Origin: an uncultured Planctomycetales bacterium
GTDB taxonomy: Bacteria; Omnitrophota; Gorgyraeia; Zapsychrales; Fredricksoniimonadaceae
NCBI GenBank assembly: GCA_964438075.1
Contig: CAYTIW010000007.1
Coordinates: 10,596 to 74,595 of the forward strand
Direction: 5' to 3'
Length of the DNA stretch: 64,000 bases
In this document: positions 1 to 11,830 of the stretch, piece by piece
Layout: each line of letters opens with the position of its first letter
Numbering within the stretch: position 1 is the first letter of the stretch
Program-made: the position numbers and the translations under genes
The notes under the pieces: model-generated
Told to the model about the DNA's origin: nothing
The model's input: the letters and a program-made list of their open reading frames with translations, nothing else
Database searches by the model: none

Positions 1-1
1 T

Positions 2-121
2 ATAGGTCAGTATCCGTCCAAGTGTGCCAGGCGTCAGATGATAGCGTGTTTGCAGCTTTTTGTGATTGAGCTGATCTCGTTCGCGATCTTGGCGCTTTTT
101 TATCATATCTTTTCCGATTAA
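2..121 (+). CDS. Partial 3' end of an F0 c-subunit-like gene (5' end outside the window)
   Basis: The frame is open from the window edge to TAA at 119-121. The translation IGQYPSKCARRQMIACLQLFVIELISFAILALFYHIFSD resembles the c-subunit polar loop (GQYP, cf. RQP) followed by the second helix with a mid-helix Glu (VIELI). It lies 14 nt upstream of the b/delta gene. Only 39 codons are visible. Confidence 0.4.
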   Translation: MGQYPSKCARRQMIACLQLFVIELISFAILALFYHIFSD

Positions 122-135
122 CAAAGGAGCCGGTC

Positions 136-891
136 ATGACGTTCGAATTGATCGTTGGATTCTTCATACTAAATGCCCTTGTTACAGGGGCTATTATTCT
201 GGCCCTGCACTGGGTCTTTGTTTCCAGTGTCGACGGAGCCAAACAAAGGCTGGAACGCGATGCCGAGTCTGCCCGGGCCCGCGAGGCGGAACTTAACCGC
301 AAGATCAGGCAGGCTGATGAAGAGCTAACGGCCCGGAAGAAAGAACTCGACCTTGTCGAACAGCGGATGAAAGGCCAGCTTGAGCAAGAGACCGAAAAAC
401 ACCGGGAAGACCTGGTAAACAAGGCCCGTAGCGAGGCTGAAGAGATCATCGCCAAAGCACAGATAGCGGCTGAAGGTTTGCGCAAGGAGGCTGAGAAACA
501 GATGGAGATAAAGATCATCGATTATTCGACCAGGATACTTAACGAGATCTTTTCTAGAAAGGCCAAAGCGGCTTTTGAAAAAGATCTGGTCGAAGAGTTC
601 GTTTCCCAACTTAAAGAGATCGATATGTCCAAGATCAGCCTCGAGATCAAGAAGGCCGAAGTGGTTACCGCCTGCGGGATATCCGATGAGGACCTGAAAC
701 GTATTGCGGATATGGTCAGGGTAAAGACCGGCCGCGACATAGCTTTGGAGACCAAGGTGTCGGATGAGTTTGTGGCCGGGGTGGTGGTCAAGTTCGGCAG
801 CCTGCATTTGGACGGAAGCGTGCGGAACGCCATTCGGGAATCGGCGTTAGCCCTAAAAGGCGAAGTTGATAAGGGGAATTTACGAAAGTAA
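136..891 (+). CDS. F-type ATPase peripheral-stalk protein, b/delta (OSCP) fusion
   Basis: 251 aa. It has one N-terminal TM helix (ELIVGFFILNALVTGAIILALHWVF) and a long charged coiled coil typical of subunit b (ARSEAEEIIAKAQIAAEGLRKEAEKQ). The C-terminal segment matches the delta/OSCP end (SDEFVAGVVVKFGSLHLDGSVRNAIRE). An AAAGGAG Shine-Dalgarno precedes the ATG. Confidence 0.75.
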   Translation: MTFELIVGFFILNALVTGAIILALHWVFVSSVDGAKQRLERDAESARAREAELNRKIRQADEELTARKKELDLVEQRMKGQLEQETEKHREDLVNKARSEAEEIIAKAQIAAEGLRKEAEKQMEIKIIDYSTRILNEIFSRKAKAAFEKDLVEEFVSQLKEIDMSKISLEIKKAEVVTACGISDEDLKRIADMVRVKTGRDIALETKVSDEFVAGVVVKFGSLHLDGSVRNAIRESALALKGEVDKGNLRK

Positions 892-903
892 AAAGAGCTC
901 GTA

Positions 904-3196
<2,293 letters not shown>

Positions 3197-3198
3197 AG

Positions 3199-4944
3199 AT
3201 GTTGAAGTCAGCGGTAAATAAAGCAGTATGCGAAGCGCTTCTCAAAAGTACTCTTTTGGACGAGCCTAACCTCCAGAAATATGCCGCTGAGGCCCATCGG
3301 CTGAACCAGAAGATATCCTTTTACCTCGTCCAGCAAGGCATTTTGAAGACCCCCGCCGTTCTCCGGGCCTTGGCAGAACATTTCCACTTGGATATCGTCA
3401 ATCTGAAGACGGTCAATGTCGACCGTATGGCCATCGACCGGGTCCCGGTCAAGTTCGCTTCCTATTACCGATTCATGCCCTTGGCCGTGGACGGGAACCG
3501 TTTGACAGCTGCTGTTTCGGAACCGCTGGATATACATAATCAGGACGACATACGCGCGCATTTAGGCCTGGAACCGCGTTTTGTCCTGGCCTCGCCGTGG
3601 GATATCGATGAAGCTCTGAAGCGTTATTACGGCCTGGCTTCCGAGACCATTGACCAGATATTGACCAAGGACCCGCAGAAACGGTCGGCCTTTTCCGAAG
3701 ACCGTTCTTCCAAGATAGAGGATATCGAGAAGCAGAGCGAAGACCCGTCGGTCACTAAACTGGTCAATCAGATCATTTTGGAGGCCTACCAGAAGCGGGC
3801 TACGGATATCCACATCGAACCCTACCGTAACCGGGTCCGTTTCCGCTATCGTATCGACGGGGTTCTGCTCGATGCCAATCTCCCTCCGGAAGCAAAGCAT
3901 TTTCTCCTGGCCATAATATCGCGTATAAAGATCATGGCCAACCTGACCATCACCGAGAAGCGGCTTCCCCAGGACGGGAGCGCGGTGGTACGCGTGAAGG
4001 AACAGGCCCTGGACCTGCGCGTTTCAACCATCCCCACCCAGCACGGGGAGAGCATGGTCATACGACTTTTGCCGACCACTACCACGCTGCTGGACCTGGA
4101 GAAGCTAGGGTTTAATGCCGATAATGCCAGCAAGTTCAGGGAACTGATACGCCATCCGCATGGCGTTATTTTTGTTACGGGGCCTACCGGTAGCGGAAAG
4201 ACCACCACCTTGTACGCCTGCCTGAACGAGATCAACGACCCGACCCGCAAGATCATCACTATCGAGGACCCGATAGAGTATGAGATGGAGGGGATCACTC
4301 AGATACAGATCAACTCCGGCATCGATTTCGGTTTCGCGACCGGCTTGCGCAGCATCCTGCGGCACGATCCGGACATCCTCATGGTGGGAGAAGTGCGGGA
4401 CCGGGAGACGGCCGACATCGCTATTCGTACTGCCCTGACCGGCCATTTGGTGTTCTCCTCGCTGCACACTAATGATGCCGCAACCGGGGTGACACGCTTG
4501 GTTGATATGGGGGTGGAACCTTATCTGGTGGCCTCGAGCGTGCAAGCTTTCATTGCCCAGCGTTTGGTGAGGGTCATATGCCCGCAGTGCAAAGAGGAGG
4601 ACCGCGAGCCGCTGATGGAGATAAGGAAGGAGATAGCCAGGAGTTTAGGTTTCTCCTCGCTGGATGAAATAAAATTCTTCAAGGGCCGGGGCTGTGACCA
4701 ATGCAACAATACGGGTTATTATGGCCGTACGGCTATTTATGAAATATTGGAGATAACCGAAGCCATCCGCTCCGCGATCCTGGACAAGCCGAGGGCGGAA
4801 GAGATAAAACGCATAGCCGTACACGGAGGGATGCGCACGCTGCGGCAGGACGGCTGGAAGAACGTTATAGCCGGTGTTACCACTCCGGCCGAGGTCTTGA
4901 ACGTAACGCTTAAGGAGACGGCTGGGGCATCCTCCGCGGTCTAG
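3199..4944 (+). CDS. gspE: Type II secretion / type IV pilus assembly ATPase (GspE/PilB family)
   Basis: 581 aa. It has an N-terminal T2SSE_N-like domain and Walker A GPTGSGKTTT. It also has Walker B/Asp box DPDILMVGEVRD, His box TGHLVFSSLHTND and the tetracysteine motif CPQC...CDQC. The start is 2 nt after the atpD stop. Confidence 0.92.
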   Translation: MLKSAVNKAVCEALLKSTLLDEPNLQKYAAEAHRLNQKISFYLVQQGILKTPAVLRALAEHFHLDIVNLKTVNVDRMAIDRVPVKFASYYRFMPLAVDGNRLTAAVSEPLDIHNQDDIRAHLGLEPRFVLASPWDIDEALKRYYGLASETIDQILTKDPQKRSAFSEDRSSKIEDIEKQSEDPSVTKLVNQIILEAYQKRATDIHIEPYRNRVRFRYRIDGVLLDANLPPEAKHFLLAIISRIKIMANLTITEKRLPQDGSAVVRVKEQALDLRVSTIPTQHGESMVIRLLPTTTTLLDLEKLGFNADNASKFRELIRHPHGVIFVTGPTGSGKTTTLYACLNEINDPTRKIITIEDPIEYEMEGITQIQINSGIDFGFATGLRSILRHDPDILMVGEVRDRETADIAIRTALTGHLVFSSLHTNDAATGVTRLVDMGVEPYLVASSVQAFIAQRLVRVICPQCKEEDREPLMEIRKEIARSLGFSSLDEIKFFKGRGCDQCNNTGYYGRTAIYEILEITEAIRSAILDKPRAEEIKRIAVHGGMRTLRQDGWKNVIAGVTTPAEVLNVTLKETAGASSAV

Positions 4945-5039
4945 TGCCTTTTTGCCCATTTTTACTTCAGCCCCCTGTCCTGGTGTTTTGCATCGTTGGG
5001 ATCGTTCGATGACTCTAAATAATGAAAGGGGCCGGTCCC

Positions 5040-6251
5040 ATGCCGGTTTTTGCCTATAAAGCCAAAAAAGACAATGCTGAGACGGTCCTGGGCGATATCG
5101 TGGCCCGGGATGCCAACGAGGCTATCGAGATGGTCAGCCGTCGCGGTCTCTTGCCGGTCGCCGTTGAAGAGAAGGAAGGAGAGGGTGCGGCATCTGTATT
5201 GGGATTGTCTGCCGGAAATGTCCGTCGAAAAGACATCATGGTGTTCACGGGGCAGTTGGTGAGCTTGCTGAAGGCCGGGGTCCCTCTTCTGCAATCGATA
5301 GAACTGTTGTCAAGGAAGACACGCAACGCCAAACTAGCCTATGTTCTGTCCGATATCGCGCTGAACATACGCAACGGCAAAACTTTCTCCGCAGGACTGG
5401 AGGATCATCCGGATATCTTTGAGCCCCTGTATACGGCTATGGCCCGGGCGGGTGAGGAAGGCGGGAGCATTCGGGAAATGCTGGCTGAGATGGCTGATTA
5501 TTATCGCAAGCAGGAAGATATCGCCCTAAAGGTCCGCGGCGCGCTGACTTACCCGGCGGTCATGTTGGTAGCCGGTATCGGCACGGTCATTTTTGTGCTT
5601 ACTTTCGTGCTGCCTAAGATCAAGGTGCTTTTCAAGGATATGCATACGGCGCTCCCCTTGCCAACGGTGATAGTACTCAAGTTGAGCGAGATGGTGCAGA
5701 ATGGGTGGCCCGTGATCCTGGCTATTGCGGTCCTGGGCGCTTTATCATGGCAATCCCTCCGTCGCATGGCAGCTTTCCGGAGGGCCGTTGGCCAGGTCAT
5801 TTTTGCCTTGCCATGGGTAAGGGAGTTTGCCTTGAAAATAGAGATGCAGAGGTTCACCAGGACCATGAGCTTCCTGCTGGAAGGCGGCATCCCTATATTG
5901 CGGGCTTTGGAGCTGGCCATCCCGACACTGTCAAATGAAACTTTGAAGGATGACCTGGGCAAGTGCAAAGATATGATAGCGGACGGCGCCACCTTTGGGG
6001 ACACGCTAAGACGTTCCGTTCTCATACCTGATATAGTGCCGTCATTGGTAGCGGTAGGGGAAGAGGCCGGCGCGCTCGCACAATCACTCAGGGATATAGC
6101 GGAGACTTACGAGCAGGAGATCGGCGAAAGCACCAAGGCCATGTCGACCCTGCTGGAACCGCTCCTGATTCTCCTGGTGGGATCGGTGATAGCCTTCATT
6201 GTTTTTGCTATGTTGATGCCTATATTTCAGATGGATATTTTCGCCCAATGA
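5040..6251 (+). CDS. gspF: T2SS/T4P inner-membrane platform protein (GspF/PilC family)
   Basis: About 403 aa with the duplicated GspF domain and three hydrophobic segments. It has the typical N-terminus MPVFAYKAKK and C-terminal LLEPLLILLVGSVIAFIVFAMLMPIFQM. I prefer the ATG at 5040 to the track start at 5022. Confidence 0.9.
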   Translation: MPVFAYKAKKDNAETVLGDIVARDANEAIEMVSRRGLLPVAVEEKEGEGAASVLGLSAGNVRRKDIMVFTGQLVSLLKAGVPLLQSIELLSRKTRNAKLAYVLSDIALNIRNGKTFSAGLEDHPDIFEPLYTAMARAGEEGGSIREMLAEMADYYRKQEDIALKVRGALTYPAVMLVAGIGTVIFVLTFVLPKIKVLFKDMHTALPLPTVIVLKLSEMVQNGWPVILAIAVLGALSWQSLRRMAAFRRAVGQVIFALPWVREFALKIEMQRFTRTMSFLLEGGIPILRALELAIPTLSNETLKDDLGKCKDMIADGATFGDTLRRSVLIPDIVPSLVAVGEEAGALAQSLRDIAETYEQEIGESTKAMSTLLEPLLILLVGSVIAFIVFAMLMPIFQMDIFAQ

Positions 6252-7090
6252 CCCTGACATGGAAGTTCATAGCGCCGGTGGCCGTGTTATGGTTAGTTAT
6301 GGTTATGGGCCCCGCGCGGGCCGTTGAAGAGCCATTTCGTGAACTTAAGGGCGATCATTTTATTGTCAAATATTTGCTTGAGGATGAACGCAGCCGGGCT
6401 GTCCAGATATTAACCCGCGCGGAGTTATATTATAAGAGGGTGGCTGAAAGTATCGGTTATAACCGTTACCAGGAATACTGGACTTGGGAACGGCGCGTGA
6501 CCGTAGTTCTTTATCCTGACCAACTGTCCTACGCCAAGTTCACCGGACAGCCACAGTGGTCCAAGGGGTATGCCAGCCGGGATTCCAAACTGTTCAGGAC
6601 CAAGGTGATCGTTTCCTATGATGGCCAGCCTGAATTCCTGGAGGAGATATTGCCGCATGAGATCGCACATTTGATCCTGTGGGATTTTCTCGGATTTACC
6701 CGTAAGGTGCCGATATGGTTCGAGGAGGGCTTGGCCCAGCGGGAGGAGGATGGCAAGAGAGCCGTTGTGCAGCAGGCCATGAAGGAAGTTGTCATTTCCG
6801 GGAACGATATCCCTTTTGCCACCTTCCATGGACTGGATGTGGGCAGGATCACGGACCCGGTGCAGGTTTCATTGTTCTATGCCCAAAGTCTCTCGGTGGT
6901 GGAGTTCATGATCGGTAAATACGGCCGTGATGCTTTCAGGAACTTTTGTCGTGAGATACGGGAAGGCCGGGCGTTCGAGGAGGCTTTGCCCCGCGCCTAC
7001 CCGGCCATCTTTCGGACGGTGGATGATCTGGGATCGAAATGGAAGAATTATATGCAGAATGAAGTTGTTTCTTCAGGAGGCGGGCTATGA
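6248..7090 (+). CDS. Secreted zinc metallopeptidase-like protein (HExxH gluzincin, peptidase_MA-like)
   Basis: 280 aa. The signal peptide is MTLTWKFIAPVAVLWLVMVMGPARA. It has HEIAHL followed about 20 residues later by WFEEGLAQ, a candidate third zinc ligand. Its start overlaps the gspF stop (ATGA) and its stop overlaps the gspG start (ATGA). Confidence 0.6.
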   Translation: MTLTWKFIAPVAVLWLVMVMGPARAVEEPFRELKGDHFIVKYLLEDERSRAVQILTRAELYYKRVAESIGYNRYQEYWTWERRVTVVLYPDQLSYAKFTGQPQWSKGYASRDSKLFRTKVIVSYDGQPEFLEEILPHEIAHLILWDFLGFTRKVPIWFEEGLAQREEDGKRAVVQQAMKEVVISGNDIPFATFHGLDVGRITDPVQVSLFYAQSLSVVEFMIGKYGRDAFRNFCREIREGRAFEEALPRAYPAIFRTVDDLGSKWKNYMQNEVVSSGGGL

Positions 7091-7494
7091 ATAACAGCAG
7101 AGGGTTCACGCTGGCAGAGATAATGCTGGTGGTCATCATAATAGGGGCCTTGGCGGCCATGGTCGTCCCCCGCTTGTCCGGCCGGTCCGAACAGGCCCGT
7201 ATCGCCGTAGCCAAGGCGGATATAAAGACCAACATCCCTACCGCTTTAAAAATGTACGAGTTGGACAACGGAATGTATCCAACTACAGAGCAGGGTCTCC
7301 AGGCTCTCCGGGAAAAACCATCGTCCGCCCCGGCCCCCAGGTATTGGCACGGGCCTTATTTGGAACAGGATCCGGTGGACCCTTGGGGTAATCCTTACTT
7401 TTACGAATCACCGGGGACCCATCGCTCAGATTACGACTTATATTCCAAAGGCAAGGACCAGAATTCTCCCGATGGTTACATCACCAACTGGTAA
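7087..7494 (+). CDS. gspG: Major pseudopilin GspG
   Basis: 135 aa. The prepilin leader is MNNSRG|FTLAEIMLVVIIIG with Glu at +5. The conserved GspG core is ADIKTNIPTALKMYELDNGMYPTTEQGLQAL...WHGPYL...DPWGNPYFY...YDLYSKGKD. Confidence 0.9.
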   Translation: MNNSRGFTLAEIMLVVIIIGALAAMVVPRLSGRSEQARIAVAKADIKTNIPTALKMYELDNGMYPTTEQGLQALREKPSSAPAPRYWHGPYLEQDPVDPWGNPYFYESPGTHRSDYDLYSKGKDQNSPDGYITNW

Positions 7495-7933
7495 CAGGAC
7501 CGCCCACCGCCGAAGCTTTTTCCCGGACTCAAGGGTGGGGCTGACTTTCGTCGAGGTCATGGTCACCTCGGTAATACTATCGGCGGGGCTGGTGGCGATT
7601 TACCGGTCTTTCTTCATCGCAGCTGACGTCGTGCAGCATCTTTCCAACCGGCTTTACGCCCTGAATCTGCTGGAAAACAAGATCACAACGATAGAAAGGG
7701 ATTTCCGGTCGCGGAAAGATTTCGATATCGGCCCCTTGACTGAAGACGCCGTGGTGAATAATCATCCCGTGGTTTTTCAGTATCGAGTGGAACTAAAGCC
7801 GGTGGGCAGTCTTCTGACAGTGTTCCAGCTCGACATTTCCTTGTCCTGGGAGGAAAGGGGAAGGTTTCGGAGCGTTTCCCGTTCGGCCTATTTTTCCGGT
7901 GTGACCCCCTTGGAAAAGGGGGATGCCTCATGA
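7472..7933 (+). CDS. Minor pseudopilin (GspH/GspI-like)
   Basis: 153 aa. It has the prepilin-type N-terminus SRVG|LTFVEVMVTSVILSAGLVAIY with Glu at +5. The leader is unusually long if the ATG at 7472 is used, so the start is uncertain. Confidence 0.6.
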   Translation: MVTSPTGNRTAHRRSFFPDSRVGLTFVEVMVTSVILSAGLVAIYRSFFIAADVVQHLSNRLYALNLLENKITTIERDFRSRKDFDIGPLTEDAVVNNHPVVFQYRVELKPVGSLLTVFQLDISLSWEERGRFRSVSRSAYFSGVTPLEKGDAS

Positions 7934-8553
7934 GCTTTCGACACGAAAGGGGCCTTATGAAATCCTGCCGTAACTCCGGCTTTACTCTGGCCGAGGTCCT
8001 TTTGGTAACGGTCCTTTTCGCTTCCATAGGGCTGGTAGTTTTCAACTGCCTGAACAATGGCCTCAAACTATGGATGAGGAGCCAGAGCCTGGTTGACGAG
8101 CAGGATGCGATCGTTTTCTTTGACCGTATAGCCGGGCATTTGCGCAACGCCTTCCTTTATTCAGAGATCCAATTTGCCGGAGAGCCTGAACGGCTGGCAT
8201 TCCCGACGGTTGTTTATACCCCAGCGGACCGGGCAAGTTCGCGTGCCTGGGAAGGATACGTGGAACAGATAGGGATGGTCCGGTATTCCTTTGATGTCGC
8301 CCGAGGCAATGTCTTGCGTGAAGAGGCTGATTATTCTCTCGCCACCCGGGGCAGCTTCGGCCCGGCGAGAGTGGAAGTAAAAGGGGTCAAAGACCTCCGT
8401 TTCAGGTATTACTACTCCGGACACACAGAACCTTCCTTGACCGCTCACGATCAAAAGGCGCTGCCGGCCGGGGTGGAGGTGGAGATACGTTTGGCGGGAG
8501 ACGGCGCTGAGAAGGTGTTGAAACGCTATGTGCCTATCCCGGCGGGGAGTTGA
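7930..8553 (+). CDS. Minor pseudopilin (GspJ-like)
   Basis: 207 aa. The prepilin motif is NSG|FTLAEVLLVTVLFASIGLVVF. The ATG at 7930 overlaps the upstream stop (ATGA). An alternative ATG at 7957 gives the shorter leader MKSCRNSG. Confidence 0.65.
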   Translation: MSFRHERGLMKSCRNSGFTLAEVLLVTVLFASIGLVVFNCLNNGLKLWMRSQSLVDEQDAIVFFDRIAGHLRNAFLYSEIQFAGEPERLAFPTVVYTPADRASSRAWEGYVEQIGMVRYSFDVARGNVLREEADYSLATRGSFGPARVEVKGVKDLRFRYYYSGHTEPSLTAHDQKALPAGVEVEIRLAGDGAEKVLKRYVPIPAGS

Positions 8554-8554
8554 T

Positions 8555-9583
8555 ATGCGGGTATCGTCCAGCCAAGGCGGTTTTATATTGATCTTTACTC
8601 TGTGGGTGCTTGGTTTTCTTTCCGTTCTGGCTATCGCCGTCGGAATGGGTTCCCGGCAGAAGATCGCTTTTCTGGAAAGGCTGGAAGACCGCAGCCGGCA
8701 GCACCTGTCCGCAGAGGCCGGGGCCAAGAAGGCGCTCGCTTTGTTGGTCGACGATATCGAGAACAACAAGTTGGCTTTTAACGCCGAGGCCAAGTCCCGT
8801 AGGCATAATAATCCGGCTGATTTCTCCGGCATTGTTGTCGGCGATAACGGATTCGATGTCTTACACACGGTTTATGACGAAACATCCGGCGCCATGGTGG
8901 AACGCTATGGGGTTTCCGACGAGCAGGGAAAACTCAACCTTAACAACGTCAGTGGCGAACAGCTGGCCAGGCTCTTGGCAGACGTTTTGGGCATGACGAC
9001 CGAAGAGGCGCGGAAACAGTCCCAGGCTATTATAGACTGGCGCGATTATGGCAAACATGAAGCCGAAGGTTTTTTTAGCGACGATTATTATAAGAATCTC
9101 GAGCATCCTTATGAGATGAAGGAGAAGCCCTTCGAACGCATCGATGAACTCTTGCTGGTGAAGGGGCTTGATAATAATAAGTACCATAAATTGCTGCCGT
9201 TCGTCACGGTATGGGGAGATGGCAGGGTGAACATCAATACCGTTTCGGAGAGGGTCCTCGTTGCGCTGGGGCTGGATCCGGCAGTGGCAGAAAAGGTCCT
9301 TAAGGTCCGCCGGGGAACGGATGACCTTGAATCTACCAGCGACGACCATATATTCACCCGGGCTTTTGATGTTGCCGTTGAGGTCAAGGCGGTCTTGCCT
9401 CTGGAAGAACGCGAGATGCGGCAGATCGACGCCCTTAACACCCGCGGGCTGTTGTCGGCCAATTCTTTTTTGTATTCCATTCGAAGCCGGTCATTGCTGG
9501 CTGACGGAAAAACAGGCGGGGCAGAAGTGAACATGGTTTTTGATGCTTTGGCCAATAAAATCGTATTCTGGTTCGAAAAATAA
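8555..9583 (+). CDS. gspK: GspK-like minor pseudopilin
   Basis: About 342 aa from the ATG at 8555. The hydrophobic N-terminus QGGFILIFTLWVLGFLSVLAIAV lacks Glu+5, as in GspK. The size and the helix-hairpin-helix-like segments (LNLNNVSGEQLARLL, VNINTVSERVLVALGLD) fit GspK. Confidence 0.7.
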   Translation: MRVSSSQGGFILIFTLWVLGFLSVLAIAVGMGSRQKIAFLERLEDRSRQHLSAEAGAKKALALLVDDIENNKLAFNAEAKSRRHNNPADFSGIVVGDNGFDVLHTVYDETSGAMVERYGVSDEQGKLNLNNVSGEQLARLLADVLGMTTEEARKQSQAIIDWRDYGKHEAEGFFSDDYYKNLEHPYEMKEKPFERIDELLLVKGLDNNKYHKLLPFVTVWGDGRVNINTVSERVLVALGLDPAVAEKVLKVRRGTDDLESTSDDHIFTRAFDVAVEVKAVLPLEEREMRQIDALNTRGLLSANSFLYSIRSRSLLADGKTGGAEVNMVFDALANKIVFWFEK

Positions 9584-9649
9584 ATCAGTTTTGGGTTGAT
9601 TGACGGAAAAAGCTTAGTCTATAATGTAGCCATCAAATGCGGAGAAAAC

Positions 9650-11149
9650 ATGAAGCTTAAGCGGTCGCGATTCGTCAGCATAGCCATAAGTGCGACTTCG
9701 GTAAAGGTCGCTCTGATCAAAAGTTCAGGTTCCGTCGAGAGACTGGTAATCCGTAATATCGACAAGGGCAGTCCCGACAGCGCGCTGCAATCTGCTCTCA
9801 CCGGCCTGCCAGTGAAAGGCGCGGATATCCTTTGTGTGATCCCGGGTGAGGTGGCGACTACCAAGAACTTGGAGATCCCCTCAGTCGATCATGAAGAAAT
9901 TGAATCTATCCTGGCCCTGCAGGCCTCCCGGCATACTCCTTTCAACAAAGACGAGATATTGACCTCTTATATCAAACTCGGCAACCCGAGATCAAATTTT
10001 ACCCGGGTATTAATGATCGTTGTCAAACGGGACACCGTGAAAGATAAACTGGCTATCATCAAGCGCGCCGGTCTCAATATCAGCACGGTCATGTTCGTGC
10101 CTGAGGGCGTTGCGCGTTTTTATGCCGCGGCTCTCAAGGTGAAGAAGAACGATCTGCCGCTTGCGATAGTCGATGTCGGACTGCAGAACACGAATTTCAT
10201 GATCGAATCGCAATCCACGATCGTGATGTCACGCAATATACCCATTGGCATTCAGCAATTTGGCACCGACACTGAAGCGTCCAACTTTCTGGTCAAAGAG
10301 ATCAAGGCCTCCATGGATACTTATGAACAGGAGTCCGTCGACCGCAAGCCGGGACGTTTTATCCTTACTTCTAAACATGTGGCCTTGTCCGGGTTGGAGA
10401 CGCACATCGCGGCCATTATGCCCGGCGCCCGTTGCGAAATCGTACCCTACCAGAATTTAGTGAAGTCAGGCAAGGAGGTTAAAGAAGTACTGGCGAAGAG
10501 TTTTTCCGATGATTCCGCGCTGGACGTCATCGCTCCGGCGGTGGTGGCGGCGAAATGTCAGGCCGAACTGGTCCCGCAGGATATCAAGGACCAGCGGGCG
10601 ATCGTTGAAAAGGGACGGGCGACCTATATAGCGGGTGTGCTGATCACGCTTTTGTTGCTTTCGGTAGGAGGGGCTGTGATGAGCAAACTTTATTACAAGG
10701 ATACTTTCCTGAAAAGGAACCTGATCGCCAAGTACGCCTCCCAAAAGCAGGAAGTCAAGGACATCGAGACTTTGATGCGCAAGACCAAGATCCTGCGTGA
10801 ATATATGCAGACCCGCGACATAGCGCTGGAATCTATCCGTGAACTCTATCGGCTCACTCCACCGGAGATCTATTTCAATAACATCAGCCTGGATGAGGCT
10901 GACGGCAGTGTTTCGATCCAGGGGATAGCCGATGACATGTCGAACGTGTTTTCCTTCGTGCCCGCACTTGAGGCGTCCGCATTGTTCGAGGGAGTTAAGA
11001 CCAAGTCCACTTCGACGAAGAAAGACCGTGAAAAGACCGTGGCGGCATTCGAGATCGTGATGCAGTTGAGCAACCCCGACGGCAGAACAAAAGCCAAGCC
11101 GGTGAGTGAGGCGTCGGCTTCACCGGCGAAAACTGAGAAGGCAAAATAA
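9650..11149 (+). CDS. PilM-like actin-fold protein fused through a TM helix to a PilN-like domain (GspL analogue)
   Basis: About 499 aa from the ATG at 9650, with GGAG 5 nt upstream. The N-terminal roughly 330 aa resemble PilM (IAISATSVKVALIKS..., AIVDVGLQNTNFMI). A TM segment (YIAGVLITLLLLSVGGAVM) follows. The periplasmic domain ends in IYFNNISLDEADGSVSIQGIADD, typical of PilN/GspL C-termini. Confidence 0.7.
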   Translation: MKLKRSRFVSIAISATSVKVALIKSSGSVERLVIRNIDKGSPDSALQSALTGLPVKGADILCVIPGEVATTKNLEIPSVDHEEIESILALQASRHTPFNKDEILTSYIKLGNPRSNFTRVLMIVVKRDTVKDKLAIIKRAGLNISTVMFVPEGVARFYAAALKVKKNDLPLAIVDVGLQNTNFMIESQSTIVMSRNIPIGIQQFGTDTEASNFLVKEIKASMDTYEQESVDRKPGRFILTSKHVALSGLETHIAAIMPGARCEIVPYQNLVKSGKEVKEVLAKSFSDDSALDVIAPAVVAAKCQAELVPQDIKDQRAIVEKGRATYIAGVLITLLLLSVGGAVMSKLYYKDTFLKRNLIAKYASQKQEVKDIETLMRKTKILREYMQTRDIALESIRELYRLTPPEIYFNNISLDEADGSVSIQGIADDMSNVFSFVPALEASALFEGVKTKSTSTKKDREKTVAAFEIVMQLSNPDGRTKAKPVSEASASPAKTEKAK

Positions 11150-11160
11150 GGAGTCCCGCC

Positions 11161-11796
11161 TTGATCAATAATTTTATATCCGGACTGAAACCGGGCCAAA
11201 GGAAGGTGCTGGCGGTCCTGGCCGTTGTGCTCATATTGGGCCTGTTCGGGGGCATATTCCTTTATCCGGCTTGGAAAAGTTCGAACAAGATCGACGAATT
11301 GATCGCCAAGGAAAAGGAGACCGTCCGTAAGAACGCCCTTTTCTTGGCGAAACGCGAAAAAGCCGTGAAGGAAGCCGCGGTGTTCAAGGATTATTTCACT
11401 AAAGATGTGCGGAGTGAAGAGGAGGTGATCGCGGACCTTCTCAAGAGGCTTTTGCAGCTGGCCAATAATTCCGGGGTGCAGGTATCTAAACTTTCCACGC
11501 CTGTGCAGGAAATGCAAAAGGATTATCTATTGTATGTGGTTTCGGCAGACTGTACGGGCACATTAGAAAACCTGACCAATTTTATCTTCGCGATAAACAA
11601 CTCCCCGGAATTGATCAAGGTCTCCAAGATGCACCTGGGGAGCAGTGCGAATGCCAAGAATGCCGGAACCATACAGGCCAGTCTGACCATATCCAAGATG
11701 ATCATCGGTGCCGATCCATCCGTCGAGGCAAAGAAACTTGTACGTGTCCAGGAAAAGAAAGAAGCGGCGAAGCCCGCTGCCACATCCAAGGAATAG
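11161..11796 (+). CDS. PilO/GspM-like bitopic membrane protein
   Basis: 211 aa. It has a TTG start with AAGGAG 7 nt upstream, one TM helix (VLAVLAVVLILGLFGGIFLY), a coiled coil and a small C-terminal domain. It sits directly after the PilMN gene. Confidence 0.55.
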   Translation: MINNFISGLKPGQRKVLAVLAVVLILGLFGGIFLYPAWKSSNKIDELIAKEKETVRKNALFLAKREKAVKEAAVFKDYFTKDVRSEEEVIADLLKRLLQLANNSGVQVSKLSTPVQEMQKDYLLYVVSADCTGTLENLTNFIFAINNSPELIKVSKMHLGSSANAKNAGTIQASLTISKMIIGADPSVEAKKLVRVQEKKEAAKPAATSKE

Positions 11797-11830
11797 TCTT
11801 TTAGCCGCCGGCGTTTCGCCTGTCCCCATT

